Shown here: positions 39,811 through 53,853 of the stretch, piece after piece | Position numbering within the stretch: position 1 is the first letter of the stretch | Layout of the letters: each line of letters begins with the position of its first letter | Assembly (NCBI GenBank): GCA_002633005.1 | Contig: NMRA01000115.1 | Location: 878,124-942,123, forward strand | DNA: 64,000 nt | Reading direction: 5' to 3' | From: Phoronis australis | Taxonomy: Eukaryota > Animalia > Phoronida | Made by a program: the position numbers and the translations under genes | The notes under the pieces: model-generated | The model's input: the letters and a program-made list of their open reading frames with translations, nothing else | The model's database searches: none | What the model was told of the DNA's origin: nothing

Positions 39811-41084
39811 GGGTGCTATACAAAAGGAAACTTTGAAACTTGGTCCAGTTTTTTTGGTTAGATTTTTCTCCCCTCGAGACGGTTACTGAACTCGATCCTG
39901 ACTTTGCAGCCTGTGTTTCCTGTATTTGCCTAGTCAGTATCATACTTCAGGGAAAAGTTGAAAAGTGCATTACTAAATGTGTTGTGTGTGTTAGTGTGTG
40001 TGCTTAATTTGACCATCACTTTTGCAGAGCTAGTGTTTAATCGTGACATTTAACAAACTACTCTCATTTTATTTTAGCATTCTTTGCTCAAACCTCTCAT
40101 GTCACTCGCCACAATTCATAAGCCAAAATGTATATAACATGGACAGAAGAGTATGCGGTGTGAATCCGTTTCTTGTGGTTATGCCATGTTCTTTGGTAGA
40201 AAGGTTTAAGTAATCATATTAAGTCAAACTGCCAACTTTAAATGTATATAAAATTAAATCCAGCTTGTGGCTGCGACTTCGAGTTGCAGTTGATGTCTAG
40301 CTGGTGAATTGTGTAATCCGAGTTGAAGAATTTGGAGTGTTAATTCATAGTATGGAGAAAATCTAAAATAGGGTTTACAAAGTGGCATTGTATGCCACTC
40401 GAATCTTCATAGGGAAGAAACAACCCATAGGACCTGGACGGCACACTTCTGTTATTTACACGGTAAGTTGTGTGTAGTAAGGGTGTCTGTGGTTTCAGTT
40501 CAGTGCCTGCTACATATTTGACAGCCACAAATAAGCACTCAATGAAATTCCCTAAATCTTGTGTGTATTTGTCAAAACATTGATGGTTCTCTCTTTAGCC
40601 GTTTTAGTTTTATTATTAAGTCAATTATTGGGTTTGGTACAAATCGAGAGTGAACTTGTGGTTGAAGTCTCAATATTATTGATGGTATCTTTTCTTTGAA
40701 CTCCTCTAATTGAAGGGCTAAGTCCCTATTTATCTCCATGGCATAAAATGTCACAAGTCAGCGAGGAGCTCATCATGATTAAGCTGAAATGATAGAAGAT
40801 AACTTGTGTGAGTAAAGAACAACACAAATACGCAGGTTTAGAGACCCTACTTGGGACTGTTTCATACAACAGCACACGGGTTCTGTTGTAGAGTTTTGTG
40901 TGTGTGGTAGAAGCATCTGCCGTGTGTGCGGGCAGTGATGTACTCCAGTGGCATCAATGGGTTTCCGTCCAGTGACTCTTTTAATTTTTGCTTAGGTGTT
41001 TGCTTATCTGTATACCCGTCAATGTTGTGTTTGTTAGTATTACATTTGCTCATCGGATTGCATGACACACTGTTCTGTTGATCA

Positions 41085-41167
41085 GCATCGTGGTTAAAGA
41101 CATTATGATGACTGCTTTCTTAAATCACCAAAAGTGGCAGGAGTAGTCTGATGAAAATTGGCATGCA
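41085..41167 (+). promoter_or_regulatory. Type II SECIS element (GPX4 3' UTR)
   Basis: ATGA(41105-08)T-GACTGCTTTCT-T-AAA-TCAC CAAAA GTGG-C-AGGAGTAGTC-TGA(41149-51): kink-turn core, stem II, AAA and apical mini-stem; AATAAA at 41268-41273. Confidence 0.85.
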
Positions 41168-41566
41168 AACCTGGTTTTTGAACCTCGATAAAGCTTGGCA
41201 GACTGGTGTTGTCTGGTCATCTTCAATGGCTGTAATACGAGTTATTGTTATTGAGTCAAATTAAGACAATAAAACTTAAATTGTTCTTATGATTGCTTTT
41301 TATACAGTGTTGTTATTCCACATGGCACCCGCAGGTGTCCTCATTGTTTGATCCTCCCCATTACACTATGTATAAAAATAAGTGTATTGTGGACGACCAG
41401 AAGCTGAGGACGCCTGCGAAAACACCTTGCGATAACGTAGGCCGCATACAGGAAGTTGCTTTAGGGAGAAACAGATGTGAGCGTCACCTCGCCTCCACAT
41501 AATGTTCTGCCCGATACGTCGATACAAGGTAGTTTCATTTAAAGAGATAAATATAATCAGCATAAT

Positions 41567-41567
<1 letters not shown>

Positions 41568-41637
<70 letters not shown>

Positions 41638-41712
41638 CCGCGTGTCCACTGTCCACGTGTCCATGTATGTATGTATGTATGTATGTGTGTATGTATGTAT
41701 GTATATGTATAT
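41568..41712. repeat. (TA)n(CA)n and (ATGT)n microsatellites
   Basis: Seen directly. Confidence 0.9.
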
Positions 41713-44700
41713 GCCGTGTTTGGGACGGGTTGCTACCGATGTCAATCATTCCTCTAGTACTTTAGCTCCACTTTCCGAGTCTCGACTGACTTTGGTCAGT
41801 CCACATCGCTGGGCATCTTTTCACATCCGAACTTGAACCTATCGTTTTCTGTTTTTTCGTTCTTCAGCACCACGTTCCTAGACGTGAATGATTTAAACTT
41901 CATTCGTGCCAGGGTATCTTCTAAAGCCCATTTACCTTCATTGAAAGACACTCTTCTCACGGCGGGTCATATGTCGTCGATATGCACTCATATACAAGGT
42001 TGCCTTACTCCTGACGCCACCATAGCGGCCCTCGGCTCTTACACTTAATGCCAACGACTTAAATCGCACCTCCATTGCACTGAGCCGGGAACAAGACTGA
42101 GACCATACAGTACACATAGTGATTTCGCCCACTTCCAGCCTTTGTCACAATATAGCATAGCCTATCAATTAAAACCTCGTCATACATATGTAGTTTATGT
42201 TGTAAAAGTAGCCCTGAAGAGTGACTGCCTCGGTTCACGTCGGTCTAGCCTGATAATGTGGTACTCACCTATAAGTGTTCGCTAGATCTGGCCGCACCAG
42301 AACTAAATTCGTTTTCCTCTCCTTGGCCTGGCTCATGTTAGATGATAACACATTTTGTAAACTTGTCCAATGAATACAAGAAGCTCAAGTAGCAGTGCTC
42401 CATTCATTGCCCCAGGATCGTCGTTCTTGGCTCAAAATGTTTTAGCGGTCGGATGTAAACTCGACCTTATTTCGAGATGCACAACTGACATTATTGCAAC
42501 TGAAACAGCAAAATCATGAATACGGCAATTCATATCTGCCGGGCTCTGAAGAAGAGGTTTTCGGAAGGTGTGACAGCACAGGAGAAACAAAATTATTATA
42601 ACAATTGAATTTCTCAGTTGCAACAAATTCATGACAGTTAAAGATTACGAATCCGAGAGAATATAAGAGACGAGATTTCCAAAACCTCCGTCGACAGATA
42701 GGAAACGGTCAGGGCACAAATTCTTGATCCTCTTCCAAATGACTCAAGTGACAAGTAGTTAACAACTTGAGTTGCCGGTAGGCAAAATACACACAGTAGC
42801 GTGCAGAGGTTTGGAGCGATTTTTTCATTGCATGCCTCTTCTCTAATCAAATGAATGCAGGACCCTTATACTAAGAAAATAAAAAAGACGAAACAACATA
42901 GAAATTTTATTCAATTACAAATCAGTCACAATTTCAAAAAGTTTATTCATAGTAATTGGATGACCCCCCCGATGTGGATCGATGCCCGTGGCTGTCGCCC
43001 CGTCGCCCAGTGGCCCCACCACACCCCCTTCTGCACGGTACTGATTTTACAACAATGATTATGATTTCTGAAGCCCAATGCTAGACGAGGACACGTAGCC
43101 CCTCGGCTGGCTGTACGTCTGCGGCGTGCATCGGCGATGTAATTGCCTAGCCCACTCACAGCGTATTGCCGTTCGGTTGAGTCTTCTTCGATTACAATGG
43201 ACAAATGTCCGCCGCAACAACCAGGAGACGACGGCGAATTTTTATTTTGCCATTCCTACAAAATGGAACGGACAAATTAGAGGGTCAAACACAGTGATAT
43301 ACCGAGAATGATATGTAAATTTCGTCATCGCGTGTGTCAAACATAAGTAGAGTTGACGGGACCCAGGACAAAGCTTCAAAAAGCAGTACCGTTCTGCGAC
43401 AGCCAAAAACTGGATAGTTGGCAGGTACGCGGCACAAAATTCAGTCTGGGAAATGAGTTTAGCATGAGAGAGAAGAGCAGAAGAGGCAAATATTTAAAAG
43501 TAAAAATCCTATTTTGTAAACTCTTTAATCAATTCACTCTTAGTTGAAATAAAAATCAATCCTACTGAAAATTCATGCAATTCTATAAATTCAATCCTAT
43601 TCAAAGGTATTTTAAAAATTCAAAACTATTTTAGAAAATGAATCCTATTTTTAGAAATCCAGTGCTACTTTATAAACTTTCTGCTAACCTTCAGTTAGCA
43701 GAAAGTCCCGGTCAATATTATTAGACTTAACTACAGGTCACGTGATGACCCTCCCCCTATAAATACGCCACTGGGTAGAGCCTGGTAGTGGAAAGCAATA
43801 CGAGTTCTCTAAATCGAAAGACATGGCTCTTGAAGTTGACGAATTTGCTACAAAAACACCTGCCTGCCCGTCAATTGTTTGAGGTACCACCGCCTTTCAG
43901 GCAAATCTCCTGTCCACGAAACAATACCGATGAACGACCTGTGTCATGACTTCGTCGTAGCCCACATGCGGTTTTTGAAGGTATCCCATTGAAATGCAGT
44001 TTCCACAAAGATCTATCCGCCAGAGTCTTCACTGCAGGATCACAGATGACATCCATTGAGAACACACTTTCAGTATTCAGAATTTCTAAAAGACGGGTTT
44101 ATTGATTTGGATGGTGTAACGACGTGGTTATCTGGCTGTTGCACTTCGTTAGCTTGGTTGAATTTGTAAATGTCTTCTCCAGCAGTTGTAACTTAATAAT
44201 TATTCCATACATACTTTAAATAATTACTTATATACAGCGGTCTATAAGTGCCCAGATTTTATTGGAAAGAGCTACAACCCCTTCCGAGGAGTAATAGAAT
44301 GACCAATAGAAATTTTCCCTTTGAGTTGAACGGCCTGCTGTGTCAGATTGTTGCAATTTCCGAGAGGGCGGGCAGAATGAGATGATGTGTTATCCGATAC
44401 ATGCCGGATGATGCAGGAGTGTAAGTTCCGTTATTCATCAAATTTTAGTCTGGATGACAATTCTCCACCCGTGACAACAGTGTGGTGTCCAGTTCGTTGT
44501 AATATATTCTAAGTGTTGGCTGTATTTAATTGTACTGTGGGTTGTACACATGGGTCGACGACGCACATGCGTTTCAATGGATAGATCTATCCATCTATCA
44601 ATTTTATTATCATTCGCTTGCACATGACGTTTGTTTCTTTTCTTGTTGCTCTTCCTAACCCCTACTAACAATTGCACTAATGTACTAACAGGTGTCCTAA

Positions 44701-46334
44701 CATCTAGTAAGAGAGACAGCATGAATGAACACAACGTTCAAAGTCACAAAATGCATGTTGAATGGTGTTAATTGAATTCCTCTGCAGACGCCACAACCAG
44801 CAGTGGTTCCCGTGGTCGATGACTACCGAGGTAGGGAAGAAAGGAGTTTTCAATTAGTCTCCGAGTGGAAAATTGAAAACAATCTTTGATTTGTCGATTG
44901 TTTGTAAATTTTATTAATGCACTTTGTATATTTACATGTACACTGTACACCCTACCCATACCCCCAACGGTAAGCTGCGAGCCACGGATAACCGAAATGG
45001 ATGAAGGAGGACGGAAGACGAAAATCAACAACCGAAGATTAAAATTAAGAAGGTAATATAATGTTGCTTGCGTGTCACAGTGCAATACGTAGATACTTCG
45101 AACTTTCACAAGTCCAAAGGCCCAAAAATATTTTTAAAAGGCCCTGTGAAGGCCGAAGATTCACGAAACTAGTCTGAGGGTCTATGACACCGGAGACTAG
45201 TGATTTAAAGTGGAACTTGCACCCTATTTCCTTATTTCTGTGATTGCTTGATCATATTAGGTTGAAACACAGTATATAGCGACGATGTGAATATGAAGTA
45301 GGTTGAACATTTACCAAATTCTAAGAACGAGTTTGGTATTGAAAATGATACGCCGTAAATCACTCAACTGTTAATATCGTGACGTGGTGTTGGGGAACAA
45401 CACTGCATGACGTGGGCTATGTTGGCCCCCAAGGTACGTCGCTAGTACAAGTCCGGCACTAAAAAAGATACTACACAACTCCGAAAATTAAAAATTGAAC
45501 TTTCGTGACACGAGGTAATTTGTAGCAAAATGTTCGGGGATTTATATGCACTTACCTGTTTGAAACTACTTCCTCGGAGAGCCAGTGCCTCTCAAAAGGA
45601 TCCAAACAAAATTCGGCAATGTGCACTGAGCTGATTGATATTATCATAATTACATCGGCCAAAAGATATTAATTTAAAAATCGATATGTTTTGGCTGCAC
45701 GGTTTAGAGCATCTTTTTGTAGTGTGGTCAAATTCGCAGAAATAAGGGGATGCTTTTGCAAAGATCTCACAAAAACTGTGCTTGCATTATCGCAATCACG
45801 CACAGCGCCATTAAAGTAATAAGAACTTTTTAAGAGGTGTTTGGGATTAAATGATCAATTTTACGAACTATGGCATGTATTCTGAACTTTTTACTCTATT
45901 TAAATCAGTCAATAAATGTTCTGCTTTTGATGTTTTTAGGTCGTCTAAAATGAAAAAATAACGGTGCAATTCAGGTTCGGTGTCAATTATAAGGACAACA
46001 TGGGGAATGATTGAATGGTATTCACTAGTTATTTTAAGTTATTATGAATAAAAATACTTATTTTTGTTTGTTGACCGACAGAATACAATCCTATACATTC
46101 ACCAACAACAGCACTTATAAGAAATCCAGTTTTCTGATATTTTTCCTCTTTGCAGCGGCGTTGCTTTATTTTCCTAACCAATTCAATTTACACTTTACGT
46201 TGTAAAATACATACACTGAAAGTTTACAGCTCAAATATGTTCTGTTCTTTCTCGGGGGTTAATTTCATGTAATCTTAATTGCTTTATTTTATTTGAGTAA
46301 TTTTACAATTGTCAAACCACTGGATTTTGATGGA

Positions 46335-47110
46335 CGCTCGTAATTACGAGCGAGACTATTATAAAGCTAGCGTTTTACTACTGGAATTCTGATATCCAAT
46401 GATAAATTAGTCTGTAGGACACGTGAGCTCTGAAGCAGTTGTATGCTCGTAAATTTACGTTCGTCATTTTACACTAGTAATTTTATGTACGTTATTTTAC
46501 GCTCGTATTCTTGCACATATTATGAAGTGTTCAGAAGATAAAATCCCAGGTGCAAAGTTTATCAGAGAAAAAAATTGAAAAATATCGATGACTCACTGAT
46601 TTTTTTTTTACTTGCTGCCCTAGCTATCCCATGCATTTGAAAGTGGTCCGTATTAGTACATACTGAGGTGCGAAAATGTATATCTAGCAGGTTGTCATAT
46701 TTCATTTGTTAAAATTACCATGCTTTTTCATTGTTTGGACCAAGTTTCGTTTTCTTACTCTTAACGATGCGTGCAGATAATATGAAATTGCAAAAACATT
46801 GGTTCAAATCGGTTTCTGGGGGTAATGCAGTATAGTTTCCAAATGTTGATGATAAATTATTCATTCTTTATTCAAGACACTTGGATAACAAACCATTTGC
46901 ACCACAAAACAATATCAAATGCTGGTGATCTCGTGGACTGGTATGGCTACTTGCTAAAATTACAAGCGAAAAATACGAGCGTAAAGTTTCGAGCGTAGAA
47001 TTTCTGCCGAGCTCACGTAAACTACAAACCAATTTCTCATTGGATTTAACGATTACGGTCGTAAAACACGAGCGCAGTCTCTGTTGTAATTGCGATCGTA
47101 ATTACGGGCG
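46335..47110. mobile_element. Fold-back/MITE with long imperfect inverted termini
   Basis: CGTAATTACG...CCAATGATAAATT...CACGTGAGCTC on the left is mirrored by GAGCTCACGT...AATTTCTCATTGG...CGTAATTACG on the right. Confidence 0.55.
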
Positions 47111-49918
47111 ACACTAACTTCCGAACGAATCACGATGATACCCGAATAACTGTGAACCAAACAAACCAGAGTCAAAAGGTATGGTGTGTCTCATCTGAAA
47201 GCATCCCGGAAGTTTTAGCTTTCGACTACATGGTTGTACTTGTATGATCTATTGAAAGTATTCCTGTGCATGGTTTTATAACTGGTTTCAAACCACAGAG
47301 CAGAAAACTGGTATATGTATAGGCTAATTAGAAGATCTTATGTAAGCGACTTCGCTTTTTGTCAAACTACTGGATTTTGATTGACTAGTGTGTTATTATG
47401 CGCCCACATATTTTTATGTGGACTCATTATGCCGTCATCTCCGTCCAGCGTCCGACCAGCGTCCGTCCGGCGTCTGTCCGGCGTCCGTCAGGAACTATGA
47501 CGACCGTGATTTCATACCTTTGGGTCTCACTGTATCTCACTTGTTGTTGTTAACTGAGGGCAATGAGGTACTATATGTTTTATCGCTTCTAAAGAATTGG
47601 TTTTCTTTTACCTTTTTGAAGTTGTTTGTTCCGACTTGGCCATTCGTCAAACGACAGGACTTTGGCTGACCAGTCTACAATTAACATGCAAGACCTGACG
47701 TCACGAGCAGTTTACAAATGGGGCTACAGGACCACGAATAACACCAGAGCCAAGAGTTATGGTACCGTTCAACTGGAAATCACCGGTTCGGTCTACATGC
47801 GTGTTCTCGTATGAGACATCAAAATATGAATAAACACTTGTTTGATTTGGAAAAGCGAAGTAAAACTACTCGCCAGTCATTTAGACATCTGCCTTTATTC
47901 ATGTACACTGTTTCACACCTGGTTTTAAGGCACAGTTTCCCTAGAAGCGTAAATTTCTGCTAAAAAAGTACATTGATAGTAAGACAACGGTATTAATAAC
48001 AACTTGAAAGTGGATATTCGTTTGATAAAAATGTTCCAGGAGTGAAACACTGTAAACGTTCTAAAATATAATCATTTCATTTAAGTTTTGTGAACAGTGT
48101 TTAATTATAGTATTTGAAAGTATACATCAACTTGAACAGCTATTTTAAAGTTCGAGAAATGTAGACATTTTTTTCTGTTTCTTGCAGTAACAGTTCCACA
48201 CCTTTGACAACTCTGTGTGGTATAGATCTTTGCAATTAATTTCAAGTATTGAGAATTGACTGTATTTTAATCATGCTCTTGGTTGTACTCAAGTATTGGT
48301 GCTTGGGTGGTGATGACGCACATGTACTTATAGATCTCTCCATCCATTAAATCTATTACCATTCACTTGCACAAGACGTATGTTACTTGTCTTGCTGGTA
48401 TATTCGCGTTGGCGCTAACGCTCATTCTAACCCTGACTAACAATTGCACTAACATACTAACACAAGTCCTGACATTACAAGAAAGACAACATGAAAAAGT
48501 CCAAATGACGTTCAAGGTCGCATGCTGAATGGTATCATTTGAATTCCTCTGCAGATGTCGCTATCAGATGGAGCTGAGAAGTGGCTGCCGTGACATTGAC
48601 AAGGATTTTTCAGTTAGTAATACTATTCGAGTTGCAAATTGAAAACATTAATTGATTCCTCGATTGTTATTAATGCCGGTTTTTGTTTATTTACGCGCTT
48701 TATTCACGCAACAACGATACGATGCTACCCACGGATAACGATAACGGAAGAAGAACGATGGAAGACCGGAATTAATAACCGAAGACTAAAATTAAGCAGG
48801 TAATTGGCGTAGCTTGCGAATCATAACACATTAGTGTAAATAGGATCGAGCTCGATACTGTGAAGGTTCAGAAGCCTGAAGGCAAATTATGCGACACATG
48901 AAAATTGTTTTTTTTTATAAAGGCACTATAAGTCCGAAGGTTCAGAATTCAAACAGACAGAAAAGCCAGTTATTTCGAAGCTAATCCAAAGGTCCATGAC
49001 ACCCACAAGCGATTCAAAGTCATCGACAGCGAAGCACCATACTTTTAGTGGCTGTGAACCAAAATTTGAAAATGTGACCATTGCCGAACTTTGTTTGGAT
49101 CCTTTTGAGTAGCATAGGCTCTCCAAAGAACTAGTTTCAAACTGACATGTGTACATGTATATAAGCTCCGAACATCTTACTCGAAATCACTGTTCAGAAC
49201 CTCGTGTCCTGAAAGTTCAAACTTTCAGCTTTCGAATTGATAGACTTTCGGACTTGTGTGGAACTTCGTATTTAGGGACTTTTGGTCTAGTTAACGTTCA
49301 GACCTAGGAATACCGTGATGTCATACCATCGACCCAAACTCTTTCATTTTTAGATATCAATTCGGGTCATATTGGTTTTTCACTCCTAAGGGGTTGATTT
49401 CCTTTTAATCTTATTGTAGATGTTTAACGACTTGGCCATTTGTCGAACAACTGGACTTTGGCTGACATGTAAAACATGCAGGAACTAACGTAGCGAGCAG
49501 TGATAGTTTACCAAAGGTGCCGTAAGACCACTAACACTACTGACACCATATCTGTCAACTTGCTGGAAGTTACCGGATTCGACAACATGTGTGTACTCCA
49601 GTGTGCCATCAAAATATGACCAAAAACTTGTTTGATTTGGAAAAGCGAAGTGGACAATCTACTTTGCCAATCATTCAGGCATTTGTATTTATTGATGTAC
49701 ACTGTTTCATACCTGGTTTCAGGGCACATTCTCTCAAAAACCGTAAAACTTAGCAAAAACAAAGGCACGTTGATAGTAAGACAACGGTATCAATAACAAG
49801 ATCGAATTCAATGTTATGAAAGTATTCCTGAAGCGATCTCAGAAATAGTGTTAGTGGTCTAAAATATGATCATTTCATTTTCGTTGTGTGAACGGTATTT
49901 AAATCAAAGTATTTGACA

Positions 49919-51204
49919 TTTTTATGCGCCCACATATTTATATGCGGACTCATTATGCCGTCATCTCCGTCCGTCCGCCCCGGCGTCCGTCCGTGCGGCG
50001 TCCGTCCGTCCGTCCGGCGTCCGCTGCTCTATCTCCAAAACCCTTTGACATACGTTCATGAAATTTGACGCATATGTTCCATTCATGAATGGAACGGCAT
50101 GAGCGAACTTTTGGACGGAACCGACTACCGGTGTGCCCACTAGTGGCAGTTTTAGTTTTTTACGCTTACCTTTGAGTCTTCAAAAGTCCTTAACGGATTT
50201 TCGTGAAATTTGGAATGTAGGCACCTATTAGTGGGATGACGCTATTCTCCCGTTTTCGGATGGATTCGACTTAGTTTGCGCCACCTAGTGGCCATTTTTA
50301 CTGTTTTCGAGTCTGTTTTTTTTTGCGTCCACCCCTTTATCAACCAAACCGCTCAAAGGATGATTGTGAAAATTGACATGTATGTGATTACTGTAAAGAG
50401 GACGGTTGACGATGATTTTTCGACGATTTCGACTACTGTGGCGCCTCCTAGTGGCAGTTTTGTTTTTTTGCGCCTATTGGTGTATCTCCTAAACCATTCG
50501 CAGGATCTTTACTCAATTTAGCAAGTGCATTTATAAGATGTTGACTACGGATGACGACGACTTTCTGACAGATCTGAGTACTGCTGTGCCCCCTAGTGGC
50601 AATTTTAGTTTTTTACCTTTAACTCTGTATCTTCAAAGATCTTCAATAGATTTTAATAAAATTTTGAATATAGGCATCTATTGTTGTGATGACGCTATCT
50701 TCCTGTTTTGGGATGGAATCGAGGTATTTTGCTGTTTTCAAATCTTGTTTTTGGCGTCCAACCCTGTATCAACCAAATCATTTGAAAATTGGCATATATG
50801 TTCTCAGTGTGAAGACGACCTTTAATGATGGTGACTGACTACTGTGGCACCTCCTAGTGGTAGTTTTATTTTGCGCCCATAGTTGTATCCCCTAAACCCA
50901 CTGCAGGATCTTTACTAAATTTAGTAGGTGTGTTTATATGAAGATAACAACAGACGTCTACGACTTTCAGGCGGATCCAACGGACACTGTCCACTAGTGG
51001 TAATTTCATTTTATTCTGTTTTCCTTTCTTTCTCTGAAGTTCGTTGACGGATTTTTATGAAATATGGCATGTTCCTGTTTTTGGATTGATTGTATGTTTT
51101 TGCGCCATCTAGTGGCCATTTTATGATACAATTAAATAACCCTAAAAGCACACCATTTGCAATGCATTCGTGGGTGCATTTCAACACTCCGCGTTGCTCT
51201 TGTT
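49919..51204 (+). mobile_element. Nonautonomous Helentron-associated (HINE/DINE-1-like) element
   Basis: TTTTATGCGCCCAC start, (CCGT)n microsatellite, internal ~150-bp CCTAGTGG subrepeats, 3' subterminal IR GTGGGTGCAT and terminal hairpin CAAC..CGTTG. Confidence 0.7.
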
Positions 51205-51776
51205 GGAATTGTAACCGTTCAAACTCTCGAACATCGTGGTTTCATACCTTCTTCCCACACTCTATCTCACTTGTAGTTTTCAGTTCAGATCATATGACGT
51301 TGCGAGAAGTGACAGTGTACCAAAGGTGTCGCAGTACCACTTACACGATTAACACCAGAGCCAAAAGGAATGGTGATGTTCAGCTGTAAACGTCATGGAT
51401 ATAATTACATGTTTTAACTGCATGCATTCTATTAACTATCAAAACTTTACCGAAAACTTGTTTGATTTGGAAAAGCAAAGTGAAAAATCTACTCGCCGCT
51501 GAGTCATCCAGGCTTCTGTCTTTTGTTTATTTACACTGTTTCACACCTGTTTCAGCACACAGTCCCTCAAAAAAACCGTAAAATTTAGCAAAAGACAAAG
51601 GCACGTTGATATTAAAACAGCTGTATCAATAACAAACAGAATATCATTTGATGAAAACCTTCCTGAAGGGATTTCAGAAACACAGTTATTGTTCCAAAAC
51701 ATGAGCATTTCATTTTCGTTTTATGAACGCTGTATGAATTATGGTATTCGAATACTTAACTTAAATCTGAACAGCT

Positions 51777-53853
51777 TTTTTATGCGCTCACATACATATG
51801 TGGACGCATTATGCCGTCATCTCTGTCCGTCCGGAGTCCGTCCAAGCGTCCGTCCCGACCGTCCGTCCAGGCGTCCGTCCCAGGGTCCGTCCCGGCGTCC
51901 ATCCGGCGTTCGGCTTCCGCTGCTCTATCGCCTTGACCAATGTTCATGAAATTTTGCACGTTCCTTCCGTAAATGGGAAGGCATGAGTGAACTTTCGAAC
52001 GCCGGGATCCGACTACCGGTGTGCCACCTTGTGGCAATTTTAGTTTTTTACGTTTACCTTTGTGTCTTGAAAAGTCCTGAAGGGATTTTCATAAAATTTG
52101 ATATATAGGCACCTATTAGTGAGATGATGCTATCCTTCCGATTTCAGATGGATTTGACGTAATTTGCGCCACCTAGTGGCCATTTTTACTGTTTTCGTGT
52201 CTGTTCTTTGCGTCCACATAAAGTAAAATTGCCATGAGGACTTGACAGCCGGGACCTCAGGGGTCTCATACTCCACTGATTTATCCACATTACTTTGAAA
52301 ACGCTTTGCCCAATCACACACTGTGTGTCATAAAAGAGATAAGCATACCAGTAGCTGACGCAGCAAGTAGAACTACTGTCGTTTATCACATTGGTGTAGA
52401 CTCACAGTTGAACTGTGGTTTTCTGTAGACCCTAGACCGTCCCGAGTTGCGCCATATACCAACTCCGGACGGTCTCTCACGACGATTAAGCGTTATGACC
52501 CCTCTATGAACCAAACCGCTCAAAGGATGATTGTGAAAATTGGCATGTGTGTTCTTACTATGAAGTGGACGGCTGACGATGATTTTTCGACGACTTCGAC
52601 TACTGTGGCGCCTCCTAGTGGCAATTTTTTGCGTCTAATGGCTGTATCCCCTAAACCGTTCGCAGGATCTTTACTAAATTTAGTAAGTATATTTACATGA
52701 TGTTAACATCGGAGGACGACAACTTTCAGACGGATCTGATTACTGGTGGGCCACCTAGTGACAATTTTATTTTTTGCGTTTACCTCTGTATGTTCAAAGG
52801 TCCTCAGTGTATTTCCATAAAATTTGGCATATAGGCATCTGTTAATGAGGTGACGCTATCTCTCTGTTTTCAGATGGATTAGACCTACTTTGCGCCACCT
52901 AGTGGTCATTTTTACTGTTTTCGAGTCTGTGTTTTGGCGTCCTCTCGTCTGTCAACCAAACCGCTTTCAGGATAATTGAGGAAATTTGCATGTATGTTCT
53001 TACTATGAAGTGGACGACTGACGACGATTTTCCGACGAGTTCGACTACTGTGGCGCCTCCTAGTGGCAGTTTTTTTGCGCTAATGAATGTATCTATTAAA
53101 CCGTTTGCAGGATCTTTACTTGATTTAGCAGTTGTCTTTATACGATGTTTACACTGGACGACGACGACGACTTAAGGACGGATCTGACTACTGGTGGGCC
53201 CCCTAGTGGCAGTTTTAGTTTTTACGTTTATCAGTCTGTATCTTCAAAGGTCCTCAACAGATTTTCACAAATTTTTTGAATATAGGCATCTGTTGGTGAG
53301 ATGACGCTATCACTCCGTTTTTTTGGATGGAATCGAGGTATTTTGCGCCACCTGGTGGCCATTTTTGCTGTTTTTCAAACCTTATTTTTGGCGTCCACCC
53401 CTCGCTCAACCAAAGCATTCTAAGGATGGTTTTGAAAATTGGCGTTTATGTTTTCAGTGTGAAGAGGACGTTTGATGATGGCGACTGACTCCTGTGGTGC
53501 CTCCTAGAGGTAGTTTTGTTTTGTTTTGCACCCCTAACTGTATCTCCAAAACCCACTGCAGGATCTTTATTAAATTTAGTAAGTGAATTTATATGAAAAC
53601 AACAGACGACGACTTTCAGGCGGATGGAACGGACCCTGTGCCTACAAGTGGCAATTTCATTTTGTTCCGTTTTCCTTTGTTTCTCTGAAGTTCCTTGACG
53701 GATTTTTATGAAAAATGACATGTCCCCGTTTTTAGATGGATTGTACGTTTTTGCGCCAGCTAGTGGCAATTTTTATGATACAAACAAAGAACCCTAAAAG
53801 CACACCATTTGCGACGCATTCGTGGGCGCATTTCAACGCTCCGCGTTGCCCTT
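51777..53853 (+). mobile_element. Second HINE-like copy with more internal repeats and a nested ~280-bp insertion
   Basis: Same termini (GTGGGCGCAT; CAACGC TCC GCGTTG hairpin). Confidence 0.7.

Noticed and set aside
41084-41146. Alternative GPX4 last exon (SIVVKDIMM...) next to the SECIS
   Set aside because: The available AG acceptor gives the wrong phase (CAT CGT GGT TAA), and the region is better explained as the SECIS.
42205-42270. CTGAAGA motif suggesting a Penelope-type hammerhead ribozyme
   Set aside because: No correctly placed GAAA core or stems found.
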